Source: a virus
Lineage: Duplodnaviria; Caudoviricetes
Virus record (IMG/VR): IMGVR_UViG_3300012940_000001
Coordinates: 1-58,150 of that record
Reading direction: 5' to 3' (one strand)
DNA: 58,150 nt
A program made the position numbers and the translations under genes. Shown piece after piece: positions 24,753-33,696 of the stretch; within the stretch, counting starts at the first letter, position 1, and every line of letters starts with the position of its first letter. Below the pieces are notes generated by a model. It had not been told where the DNA came from, ran no database searches, and saw nothing but the letters and a program-made list of their open reading frames with translations.

Positions 24753-26531
24753 ATGCCTCGCAACGAGTACCAGGCGGAAGTGATCGCCACCCCCAAGGGG
24801 AAGGCGATTGTCGCCGCCGCCCGTCGCATCGCCGGTCCCCGCAAAGACGACACCACGAAGCGCCCCAAGAGCGAGAAGGCGTGGCAGGAACGCGCCTGGC
24901 TCTGGTACGACACCATCGGCGAGTTCCGGTTCGCGTGCGCCTGGGTTGGGAACGTCCTGTCCCGCGCCGTCCTCCACGTCGCACGAGACGGTGAACGCGT
25001 CGAGGACGGACCCGCGTTCGACGCCCTCCACTCCCTCTTCGGGGGACGTGAGGGGCAGAAGGAAATGTTCCGCCAGTTGGGCATCCAGTTCACCGTCGCC
25101 GGTGAGGCGTACCTCGTCGGCGAAGACGGCGGCGACGACCCTGGCGACAAGTGGTGGATCGTCGCGTCCACCGAACTCACCAAAGTCGGCGACGCGTGGC
25201 GGATCGGGAAGAAGGAAGTCAAGGACCCGCTGATCATCCGGCTGTGGCGTCCGCACCCGAAGACGAACAACGCACCCGACTCGCCCGCACGCGCCGTGCT
25301 CCCCGTGCTGGCCGAGATTGACGGCCTCACCAAGCACGTCTCCGCGCAGATCGACTCGCGCCTGGCAGGTGCGGGCATCCTGCTCCTGCCCGACAACATC
25401 ACCTTCGCCACCACGTCGAACGTCACCGAAGACGAGAACGGTGAGCACCAGTCGAACATGGCCCTGGACCCGTTCCTCGACGAACTGATGCAGACGATGA
25501 TGACCGCGATCGCGAACCGGGAAGACCCGTCCGCGCTGGTCCCCATCCTGCTCCAGGCGAACGGTGAGTACCTCGACAAGGTGCGGCACCTGGTGTTCTC
25601 CACCCCCCTCGACGAACAGGCGATCGAACTCCGCAAGGAAGCGATCCGCCGCCTCGCGCTCGGCATGGACATGCCCCCTGAGGTCCTCACCGGGACCGGG
25701 GAAGTCAACCACTGGGGTGCCTGGCAGATCGAGGACGCGTCGATCAAGGCGCACACCGAACCGCTTCTCCAGATCATCGTCACGTCCCTCACCGAGGGGT
25801 ACCTTCGCCCCTACCTTGAGGCGACGGGCATGACCGCGGAGGAAGCACGGAACTTCGCGTTCACCGTCGACACCGCGCACATGCGGCTCCGCCCCGACCG
25901 GTCGAAGGAAGCGATCGAACTGTACGACCGGGGTGTGCTGGCCGCGGAAGCCGCGATCCGGGAGAACGGGTTCGAGACGGACGACGCGATGGGCGACGAA
26001 GAGCGTCGCGAGTTCTTCATCCGCAAGGCCGCATCCGGCATGACCACCCCCGAGGTTGTCGCCGCCGCGCTCGAAATGCTCGGCGTGAAACTGCCGATCG
26101 ACCCGGAAACGATCACCGTCCGCGAGCACCCCGCCACGGAAACCCCGTCGCTCATGGAGCACCCTGACCGGAACCCGCCCGACCCGAACGCACGCCGCCA
26201 CCGCCGCAGTGAGGAAGCGGCCGTCGCTGAGGTTGTCGTGTTCCGTGCGCTGGAGCGCGCCGGGAACCGGATCAAGTCGAAGTACCGTGACCGGATCAGT
26301 ATGGGCGCGGAGAACGTCGCCCCCCACACCCTGCACAGGTTCACGCAGAAGATGACCCCGGAGCAGGTAGACGACGTGCTCATGGACGCGTGGACGATCC
26401 TGGGTTCCCTGCCGCCTATCTCGATCACCGCGAAGCAGATGGACGACTACGTGCGGTACCTGTTCGCGAATAACCTCCCGCACGACACGAACACGTTCCG
26501 CGCGTTCATCGGGGTCGACGATGCTGAGTGA
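24753..26531 (+). CDS. Portal protein
   Basis: Position after terminase; RLALGMDMPPEVLTG..NHW motif. Confidence 0.9.
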   Translation: MPRNEYQAEVIATPKGKAIVAAARRIAGPRKDDTTKRPKSEKAWQERAWLWYDTIGEFRFACAWVGNVLSRAVLHVARDGERVEDGPAFDALHSLFGGREGQKEMFRQLGIQFTVAGEAYLVGEDGGDDPGDKWWIVASTELTKVGDAWRIGKKEVKDPLIIRLWRPHPKTNNAPDSPARAVLPVLAEIDGLTKHVSAQIDSRLAGAGILLLPDNITFATTSNVTEDENGEHQSNMALDPFLDELMQTMMTAIANREDPSALVPILLQANGEYLDKVRHLVFSTPLDEQAIELRKEAIRRLALGMDMPPEVLTGTGEVNHWGAWQIEDASIKAHTEPLLQIIVTSLTEGYLRPYLEATGMTAEEARNFAFTVDTAHMRLRPDRSKEAIELYDRGVLAAEAAIRENGFETDDAMGDEERREFFIRKAASGMTTPEVVAAALEMLGVKLPIDPETITVREHPATETPSLMEHPDRNPPDPNARRHRRSEEAAVAEVVVFRALERAGNRIKSKYRDRISMGAENVAPHTLHRFTQKMTPEQVDDVLMDAWTILGSLPPISITAKQMDDYVRYLFANNLPHDTNTFRAFIGVDDAE

Positions 26532-29085
26532 AGAGTTCGCTGCCAACCGTCGCGCGATCTTCCGTCGCGCGGACGACGAACTGATCCGGTCGGTCAGGGA
26601 AGCGCTCGGCCTGTACATGGCTGGGGACCCGGACTGGCGGAAGGAACTCATCGCCGACGCGTCCGTGATCTGGCTGGAAGTGTTCTCGTCCGAAGCGCCG
26701 AACGCGGACAGCGAACGGTACATGCCCCGCTTCCAGGAGTCGATCGGTGAGTCCCTTGCGCAGACCGAACGCCCCGAAGGGGAAGTGACCGAGGCTCAGG
26801 TTGAACGGGTCACCCGCTGGTTGGGCACGTTCACCGTCAACCACGCCACCTGGGCTGGGTCCGGTGCACGCGGCACCCGCGGGAAGCGGTGGGTGACCAT
26901 GCACGACCGGTCGGTTCGGGAGACGCACGTCGTCGCTGATGGACAGGTGCGTCCTGTTGCGGCACCCTTCAATGTAGGCGGGTTTGAACTCCGGTTCCCC
27001 GGTGACCCGGTGGGTCCGCCCGAAGTATGGATCAACTGCCGGTGCATCATCCAGCCCGCAGAGCGGAGAGGAACAGCGAACGTGAGTCCCACAACCTTCG
27101 CGCTCGAAGACGACGCAGACCTTGAGGTCGAGGCTGTCGAAGAGGACGACGATTTCCCGGCCGACGAACTCGACGACGACGAGGAAGAGGTCACCGAGAT
27201 TCCCGTGCATGGTGTCCTCGCCCCCGAGGGGGTGCCCACGGGAGACGGGCGGCAGTTCGCGATCAACTCGCTCAGCCACCGTGACCTGCCGCTCCCGCTC
27301 CAGTACCAGATCATGTCCGACGAGGGTCACAAGTCGGCCGTGACCGTGGGGCGGATCGACGAAATCTTCCGCGACGGGAACCTGTACAAGTTCCGGGGCG
27401 CGCTGATCGTCACGCGGGAGAAGACCTCCGAGGTCATCGAGGGCATCATCGACGGCACCGTCCGTGGTGTGTCCGTGGACGTGGACAACTTCGTGATCGG
27501 CGAAATGGTCGAGGACGAGACCCGCCAGTTCGTCGAGTTCGCCGAGGCCCGCGTGTCCGGTGCGACGATCGTCGCGATCCCCGCGTTCCAGGAGGCGTTC
27601 CTTGCGCTCGGGTGGGAGTTCCCGGAGGAACTCGACACCGAGTCGCTTGCCGCGTGCGCGTCCTGCGCGGAAGAGGCCGACGCTGAGGTCGAAGAGTTCC
27701 GCGACTACTCCGCGGAAGAGCGTCGCCGTCTCGCGAAGGAGGGCAAGGCGCTCCCGGACGGGTCGTTCCCGATCGTGGATGAGGAAGACCTCCGCAACGC
27801 GATCCAGGCGATCGGCCGCGCGAAGGACCCGGCCGCCGCACGGGCACACATCAAGAAGCGCGCTCGTGCTCTCGGTCACGCCGACCTGATCCCCGAGGGT
27901 TGGGCGGCGCAGGTCGTCGACCTGACCGGTCTGACCGAGGCGGAACTCGAAGAGTACAACGCCATGTCGCCGGAAGAGCAGGACGAGTGGCTGGAGGAAA
28001 GCCACCCGGAGGCTATCGTCGCCGCCGCGTTCGCGCCTGGCACGAAGGACGGCCCCGGCTGGATCACCCACCCCATCCCCACCGCACGCATCCGCCGCTA
28101 CTGGGTGCGCGGAAAGGGTGCCCTCAAGATCAGGTGGGGCCAGCCCGGAGACTTCAACCGGTGCCGCCGCCAGTTGGTCAAGTACATCAAAAACCCCGCC
28201 TGGCTCGCCGGTGCATGCGCCAACATGCATAAGGAGGCAATCGGCATCTGGCCCGCCACCCACGGACGCGGGAAGCACGCGATCGCCCTCACCGCGAGCG
28301 CCCTCACCCCCGCCCCGATCTTCACCATCACCGCCGCCAGCACCCGCGTCTTCGACGCTGACCTGTTCAAGCGGAAGGAACTCGACAACCCGCGGGTCGG
28401 GGTCGTCGTCGACGGTGACCAGGTGTACGGGTACATCGCCCAGTGGGGTGTCTGCCACATCGGCATCGACGGCGTGTGCACCGAAGCGCCGCCGTCCATG
28501 ACCGACTACTGGTACTACCAGACCGGTGTCGTCGACACCACCGAAGGCCCCGTGTCCGTGGGACAGATCACCATGGACACCGGACACGCTCCCCTCAACG
28601 CGTCCGCGAAGATCGCCGCCGCCCACTACGACAACACGGGCGCGGCCGTCGCTGACGTGCACGTCGGGGAAGACGACTTCGGTATCTGGTTCTCCGGTGT
28701 CCTCCGCCCCGGCGTGACCGACGAACAGCGGCACGCTCTCCGCGCGTCGGGCCGCGTTTCCGGCGACTGGCGTGCTATCGGCGGCAACCTGGAACTCGTG
28801 GCTGGACTTGTCGTCAACGTGCCCGGATTCCCCATCCCGGCACCTATGGTGGCATCGGCCGAAGGAGTCCAGACCGCACTGGTGGCGGCGGGCGTCATCC
28901 CCCCTGACCCCGCCGTCACCGCTTCCGCGTCGCCCAACCTGGACGCGGAGCAGATCGCGGGCATCGTCCGCACCGCTGTCGCCGAGTACCGGCACGCGGA
29001 GAAGAAGGCCGCGAAGGTCGAACCTCTCCGCGCGACGCTTCGGCAGAAGCGGATCGAATCCCTCCGCGCGAAGATCAAGGAGTAG
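26521..29085 (+). CDS. MuF-like minor head domain fused to capsid maturation protease
   Basis: KRWVTMHD..RETH..FPGDP..INCRC; TGDGRQF, VRGVSVD; ALPDGSFPI domain. Confidence 0.85.
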   Translation: MLSEEFAANRRAIFRRADDELIRSVREALGLYMAGDPDWRKELIADASVIWLEVFSSEAPNADSERYMPRFQESIGESLAQTERPEGEVTEAQVERVTRWLGTFTVNHATWAGSGARGTRGKRWVTMHDRSVRETHVVADGQVRPVAAPFNVGGFELRFPGDPVGPPEVWINCRCIIQPAERRGTANVSPTTFALEDDADLEVEAVEEDDDFPADELDDDEEEVTEIPVHGVLAPEGVPTGDGRQFAINSLSHRDLPLPLQYQIMSDEGHKSAVTVGRIDEIFRDGNLYKFRGALIVTREKTSEVIEGIIDGTVRGVSVDVDNFVIGEMVEDETRQFVEFAEARVSGATIVAIPAFQEAFLALGWEFPEELDTESLAACASCAEEADAEVEEFRDYSAEERRRLAKEGKALPDGSFPIVDEEDLRNAIQAIGRAKDPAAARAHIKKRARALGHADLIPEGWAAQVVDLTGLTEAELEEYNAMSPEEQDEWLEESHPEAIVAAAFAPGTKDGPGWITHPIPTARIRRYWVRGKGALKIRWGQPGDFNRCRRQLVKYIKNPAWLAGACANMHKEAIGIWPATHGRGKHAIALTASALTPAPIFTITAASTRVFDADLFKRKELDNPRVGVVVDGDQVYGYIAQWGVCHIGIDGVCTEAPPSMTDYWYYQTGVVDTTEGPVSVGQITMDTGHAPLNASAKIAAAHYDNTGAAVADVHVGEDDFGIWFSGVLRPGVTDEQRHALRASGRVSGDWRAIGGNLELVAGLVVNVPGFPIPAPMVASAEGVQTALVAAGVIPPDPAVTASASPNLDAEQIAGIVRTAVAEYRHAEKKAAKVEPLRATLRQKRIESLRAKIKE

Positions 29086-29087
29086 CC

Positions 29088-29234
29088 ATGGCGTGCGCAT
29101 GCGGCAAGAAGACACAGCAGACGAGCAAGACCTACGTGCACACCGCACCGAATGGTCAGAAGCGGTCGTACAAGACAGAGGTTGAGGCGATCGCGGCGCA
29201 GAAACGTCTCGGCGGTACCTACAGGGCGATGTAG
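29088..29234 (+). CDS. 48-aa basic protein MACACGKK...
   Basis: AAGGAG RBS; below ORF-track cutoff; read directly. Confidence 0.7.
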   Translation: MACACGKKTQQTSKTYVHTAPNGQKRSYKTEVEAIAAQKRLGGTYRAM

Positions 29235-29247
29235 GCTGACCAAGACA

Positions 29248-29290
29248 AAGAACCCTCCCGGTGTGGTGCTTCCTGGGGGGGTTCTTCTTT
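29248..29290 (+). terminator. Rho-independent terminator
   Basis: AAGAACCCTCC...GGGGGGTTCTT followed by CTTT. Confidence 0.65.
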
Positions 29291-29313
29291 GCCCGACACA
29301 CCGTGCGCCGCGA

Positions 29314-29328
29314 GAAAGTACTACTTTC
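29314..29328. promoter_or_regulatory. 15-bp palindrome copy upstream of major capsid gene
   Basis: GAAAGTACTACTTTC. Confidence 0.8.
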
Positions 29329-29436
29329 CGCGTGATCGTGTGGTAGAAATCTCTTGACTCACTCCTGTCGTAGACGGGGGCGTGATAGGCGTAGCCGCTT
29401 CCCACGTTCATCTACCCGTTCAAGGAGTGACAACTC

Positions 29437-31152
29437 ATGTTCGAGAAGCCCGAGGACTTCGAGGCTCTGGACCTTGACGCGCTCCGTGCCCTTAGCGCGG
29501 AGGCTCTCGAAGAGGCGCGCGGCATCATGGCCGCCGAAGACGCCGAACTGACCGACGAGCAGATCGCCCGCGTCGAGGAACTCATGGCCGCTTCCGCCGA
29601 AATCGACGAGCACGTCGAGGCTCGCGAGACCGCGGAGCAGGAGCGCGCGCAGAAGATCGCCTCCCTCCGTGAGGCCACCAAGGACTCCACCCCCGTTGAG
29701 GACGGCCCCGAAGAGGGCGGCGACGACGAGGGTGACGAGGAACCCAATGAGGATGCCGAAGAGTCTGAGGACGCAGAGGCCGAGAAGAAGGAGGTCGTCG
29801 TGGCCGCGGCTCCGGCACCCAAGCCCGCGCCTCGCCGCACGGTGGCAATCGCTCAGAAGCGCGCCCCGGAGGTCGAGGTCCCCGACAACAAGCACCAGTC
29901 TGCGGTGATTGTCGCGGCGGCGAACGTCCCTGGCTACAACACCGGCCAGGAACTCGAAGACCTCGACGCCGTGGTGGATGCGTTCATTTCCCGCGCTCGC
30001 GCCTTCAACGGCCGCGTCGGCTCGGACAACAAGGGCCTCCCGGTCGGCCGGTACAACCTGTCGAAGGACGCCCAGCGTTACGGCGTGGCGAAAATCCACA
30101 AGCCGGAGAACGAGTTCACGACCGGTGCCGACCGCCCCGTCGAAGAGCAGATCGCGACCATCATGGACGCCGCGAAGGAGTCCCGGCTCCCCGGAGGCTC
30201 CCTCGTCGCGGCCGGTGGCTGGTGCGCTCCCTCCGAGACGCTGTACGACTTCTGCACGCTTGAGACGCGCGAGGGCATGCTCTCGATCCCCGAGGTCACG
30301 GCCCGTCGCGGTGGCATCAACTTCACGAAGGGACCGGACCTCGCCGCGCTTCTCGCAGACGAGGACTTCGGTTTCCTCCAGACCGAGGCTGAGGCTGAGG
30401 CTGGCGACGAGAAGGCGTGCTACGCGATCGAGTGCCCCCCGTTCACCGAGGTTCGTCTCGACGCGATCGGCTTCTGCATCACGGCCGGTCTCCTGACCAA
30501 CGCCGCGTACCCCGAACTGATCCGCCGCGTTCTCGAACTCGCGATCGTCGGCCACGCCCGGAAGGTCAACGCCGCCACGATCAGCCGCATCAGCACCCTG
30601 ATCGGCACGGCGATCGACTACGGCGAGGTCGGCGCTTCGACCTCCGACGTGCTCGACGCGCTCACGATCCAGGCACTCCGTCTGCGCTACCAGTACAGCA
30701 TGTCCCCCAACGCCACCATCGAGGTCATCCTCCCGGTGTGGGCGAAGGAAATCATCCGTGCTGACCTGTCGCGCCGCACTGGTGTCGACCTGCTCGCGGT
30801 GACCGACGCGGACATTACGCGCTACTTCGGTGTGCGTAACCTGTCGGTCCAGTGGGTGTACGACTACCAGAACTTCGCCACCGGCAACACGTCCACCTGG
30901 ACGGCGTTCCCGTCGACCCTTGAGGCGATGCTCTACCCGGCTGGTGCGTTCGTTCGCCTCGGCCTCCCGGTCATCGACCTCGACACGGTGTACGACCACG
31001 CCAACCTCACCACGAACACCTACACGGCGGCGTTCTTCGAGGAAGGCATCGCGGTCGCGAACACCTGCGGTACTGGCGTGAAGGTGTCTATCGGCATCAA
31101 CGTGTACGGCAACACCGGCGCGGCCAACATCCCGGTCGAAGAAACCCCGTGA
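29437..31152 (+). CDS. Major capsid protein (hexamer type) with acidic N-terminal scaffold region
   Basis: LVAAGGWCAPSETLYD motif; position; AAGGAG RBS. Confidence 0.9.
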   Translation: MFEKPEDFEALDLDALRALSAEALEEARGIMAAEDAELTDEQIARVEELMAASAEIDEHVEARETAEQERAQKIASLREATKDSTPVEDGPEEGGDDEGDEEPNEDAEESEDAEAEKKEVVVAAAPAPKPAPRRTVAIAQKRAPEVEVPDNKHQSAVIVAAANVPGYNTGQELEDLDAVVDAFISRARAFNGRVGSDNKGLPVGRYNLSKDAQRYGVAKIHKPENEFTTGADRPVEEQIATIMDAAKESRLPGGSLVAAGGWCAPSETLYDFCTLETREGMLSIPEVTARRGGINFTKGPDLAALLADEDFGFLQTEAEAEAGDEKACYAIECPPFTEVRLDAIGFCITAGLLTNAAYPELIRRVLELAIVGHARKVNAATISRISTLIGTAIDYGEVGASTSDVLDALTIQALRLRYQYSMSPNATIEVILPVWAKEIIRADLSRRTGVDLLAVTDADITRYFGVRNLSVQWVYDYQNFATGNTSTWTAFPSTLEAMLYPAGAFVRLGLPVIDLDTVYDHANLTTNTYTAAFFEEGIAVANTCGTGVKVSIGINVYGNTGAANIPVEETP

Positions 31153-31220
31153 GTAACCCGGCCGGGGGCCTTGGCTCCGAGGTCCCCGGCCGAACCACTC
31201 TCTGAAAGGGGAAGGGCGCT

Positions 31221-31970
31221 ATGGCAACTACCGAACTCGTTGCGGCACCCGCTCGGCAGACCCGGCAGGGCGGCATCCGCTCCGTCGCCACGTTCGTCAC
31301 CACCACCCGGCTCGGCGCGACCGAAGCAGTCTCGTTCCTGTCGGACGGGTGCACGTTCCCTCAGCCCGCGATCGGCCTCTGCTACGGCGAGGTCGTCGAG
31401 GACGACAAGACCAGCACCGGCATCGACACGATCGACGCGATCAGCGAACCGTTCGCGCTGTACGCCGGTGTCGAGTGTGGGATCGTCGAGGGATCGTCGG
31501 CCGACTACGCGGAGCGTGCACGCAACCTGCTTGAGGGCGGCGTGGACCGGGTGCTCGAAGAGCGACTCGCCACGTGGGCCGCTGGCGGCACTGCTCTCAC
31601 GGCAGGCTCCAGCCTGACCGACGCGCTCGCGATCGTCGACAACGCGCTGGACGACGACTACCCCGGTCAGGGAGTGATCCTGATGAACCGCGGGGACGCG
31701 GTGCGGGCGTCGGCGGAGGGGTCGCTGGACTGGTCGCTCGATGGGACCCCGACGACGGTCAACGGAACCCCCGTGATCGCGTCGTCGAGGGTGGACGCGG
31801 GAGCGGTGCTTGGGGTGGGGGCGATCACCGTCCTCCACACCAACGTGGAAACGTTCCCTGGTGTCGACTTCCGCACCAACCGTGACTGGCAGGTCGCGGA
31901 GTCGGTCTACGCGATCATCGTGGATTGTGAACTCCGCGTCGTGTCGGCGGTCGAAGTGGAGGGGGTCTGA
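31221..31970 (+). CDS. Capsid pentamer-type protein
   Basis: PFALYAGVEC; follows hexamer gene as in cluster-B-like actinophages. Confidence 0.7.
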   Translation: MATTELVAAPARQTRQGGIRSVATFVTTTRLGATEAVSFLSDGCTFPQPAIGLCYGEVVEDDKTSTGIDTIDAISEPFALYAGVECGIVEGSSADYAERARNLLEGGVDRVLEERLATWAAGGTALTAGSSLTDALAIVDNALDDDYPGQGVILMNRGDAVRASAEGSLDWSLDGTPTTVNGTPVIASSRVDAGAVLGVGAITVLHTNVETFPGVDFRTNRDWQVAESVYAIIVDCELRVVSAVEVEGV

Positions 31971-32320
31971 TGCCGAACCTGGAAGAAGGCTACGGATTCG
32001 TAGGACCGCGCAGTCAGCAGACAGCGCGTGCCCTGCTCGACGCGGCGAAGGCGGTGGGCGAGGAATCGCACGTGGTCCGCGCCACCATCGGCGGGTACTA
32101 CGCCCCTGTCCGTGTCGTGAAGGCATACGAGAAGGCGCTCGGCGCGAAGGACGAGGACCCGGTGGTTGAAGGCCCCAAGGCTGACGACGCGGTACCGGAC
32201 GACTCCTGGAAGGTCGCCGAAATCAAGACGTGGGCGAACGACCACGGTGTCAGCCTGGGTGATGCCACCAAGAAGGCTGACATGCTCGCCGCTATCCGCG
32301 AGACAGACAAGGAGGAATAA
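31970..32320 (+). CDS. Small protein with C-terminal HeH/LEM-like motif
   Basis: SWKVAEIKTWA...KKADMLAAI. Confidence 0.7.
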   Translation: MPNLEEGYGFVGPRSQQTARALLDAAKAVGEESHVVRATIGGYYAPVRVVKAYEKALGAKDEDPVVEGPKADDAVPDDSWKVAEIKTWANDHGVSLGDATKKADMLAAIRETDKEE

Positions 32321-33270
32321 TGGCATCGCACACCACCAAGTGCCTGTCTCTCGTCAAGGGGCGGCGCATCCGGGTGACGAAGTTGGACGCGTGTGGTCGC
32401 CCCATCTACGGTGACGACTCGCAGGTCGTCTCGAAGGGGTTCATCCAGGTGGCGTTCACCGCGAACACCACGGAGTCCGACGAAATCAACGTCACGAACG
32501 CGGCCGGTGAGGTCTGTGTCTACGAGGCGTCGGTCACGTCGCTCGTCGGGTACGGTATCGAGGTCCAGTTCTGTGAGGTTGACCCCGAACTGTTCTCCCT
32601 CGTGACCGGTCAGCCGGTCGTCCTGGGCGCTGACGGCTCCACCGTCATCGGCTTCGACGTGGACACGAAGATCGGCCTGGAGAACTCCCGCTTCTCGCTC
32701 GAACTGTGGGCAGGTGCCCCCTCCGGTGACGCTTGCTCCACCGAGGGTGCGCAGGGTTCCTACGGGTACCTTCTGCTCCCGTTCCTCACGGGCGGCATCC
32801 TCGGCGACTTCACCGTGGAGAACGGTGCGGTCACGTTCACGCTCACGGGCGCGAACACCAAGGAAGGCAACGGATGGGGCGTCGGCCCGTACCGCGACAT
32901 TATGCTCAGCAACGACGTGACCCCGGTGCCTGGTCCGATGACCTCGCCGGTCAGCACGTCGGTCGCTCTCCGCACGATGATCGTGGATGTGGCCCCGCCT
33001 GAGGACGCCTGTGGTGCCCGCCCGGTGCTCGACCCTGACGCTGACGCGATCACGGAAATCTCGGGCACCCCGGACGGCGCGGACGTGGACTTCACGACCA
33101 CCCCCGCCGCAACCAGCCCGGTCTGGTGGGACTTCGGTGACGGCACGTGGGACTACGTGGCGGCCCCTGGTTCCACCACCCACACCTACGCCGCGTCGGG
33201 CACCTACACGGTGCGCGCCTCGGCGAACGGTGAGTGGGTCGAGACGACGGTCAACGTCACCGTTCCGTAA
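32320..33270 (+). CDS. Major tail protein with C-terminal PKD domain
   Basis: RIRVTKLDACG; WDFGDG..THTYA.SGTYTV. Confidence 0.9.
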   Translation: MASHTTKCLSLVKGRRIRVTKLDACGRPIYGDDSQVVSKGFIQVAFTANTTESDEINVTNAAGEVCVYEASVTSLVGYGIEVQFCEVDPELFSLVTGQPVVLGADGSTVIGFDVDTKIGLENSRFSLELWAGAPSGDACSTEGAQGSYGYLLLPFLTGGILGDFTVENGAVTFTLTGANTKEGNGWGVGPYRDIMLSNDVTPVPGPMTSPVSTSVALRTMIVDVAPPEDACGARPVLDPDADAITEISGTPDGADVDFTTTPAATSPVWWDFGDGTWDYVAAPGSTTHTYAASGTYTVRASANGEWVETTVNVTVP

Positions 33271-33324
33271 ACCCCTGGAGGGGGCCCGAAAGGGCCCTCT
33301 CCCCAACTCAGGAGAGAGTAGGCC

Positions 33325-33675
33325 ATGGCACTCAACGCGGCGGCTCTTGACGTTGCGGGCGAGGCGCTCGCGACGGCGATCACGCACGTCAGCCTGCACA
33401 CCGGGGACCCCGGTGCGGCGGGCACCAGCAACACGATCGCGGGCGGTCGCTTCGCGGTCAGCCTCGACTCGACGGACGGCGACCTGTCCCTGGCGTCCGC
33501 TGTCAACGCGACGGGACTCACGCCTGCCGCGACTGTGGCGTACCTGGGCCTGTGGTCGGCGTCGACGAGTGGCACGTACTACGGGAGCGTCCCGCGTACG
33601 ACCGGTGACGCGAACGTGAACGCGTCGGGCGAGTACACGATCAACTCTCTGAACATTCCCGCCTCTTCGTCCTGA
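33325..33675 (+). CDS. Small virion protein
   Basis: HVSLHTGDPG..G motif typical of tail-associated proteins. Confidence 0.7.
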   Translation: MALNAAALDVAGEALATAITHVSLHTGDPGAAGTSNTIAGGRFAVSLDSTDGDLSLASAVNATGLTPAATVAYLGLWSASTSGTYYGSVPRTTGDANVNASGEYTINSLNIPASSS

Positions 33676-33696
33676 CCCTGAGGGAGGTAGCCCCTC

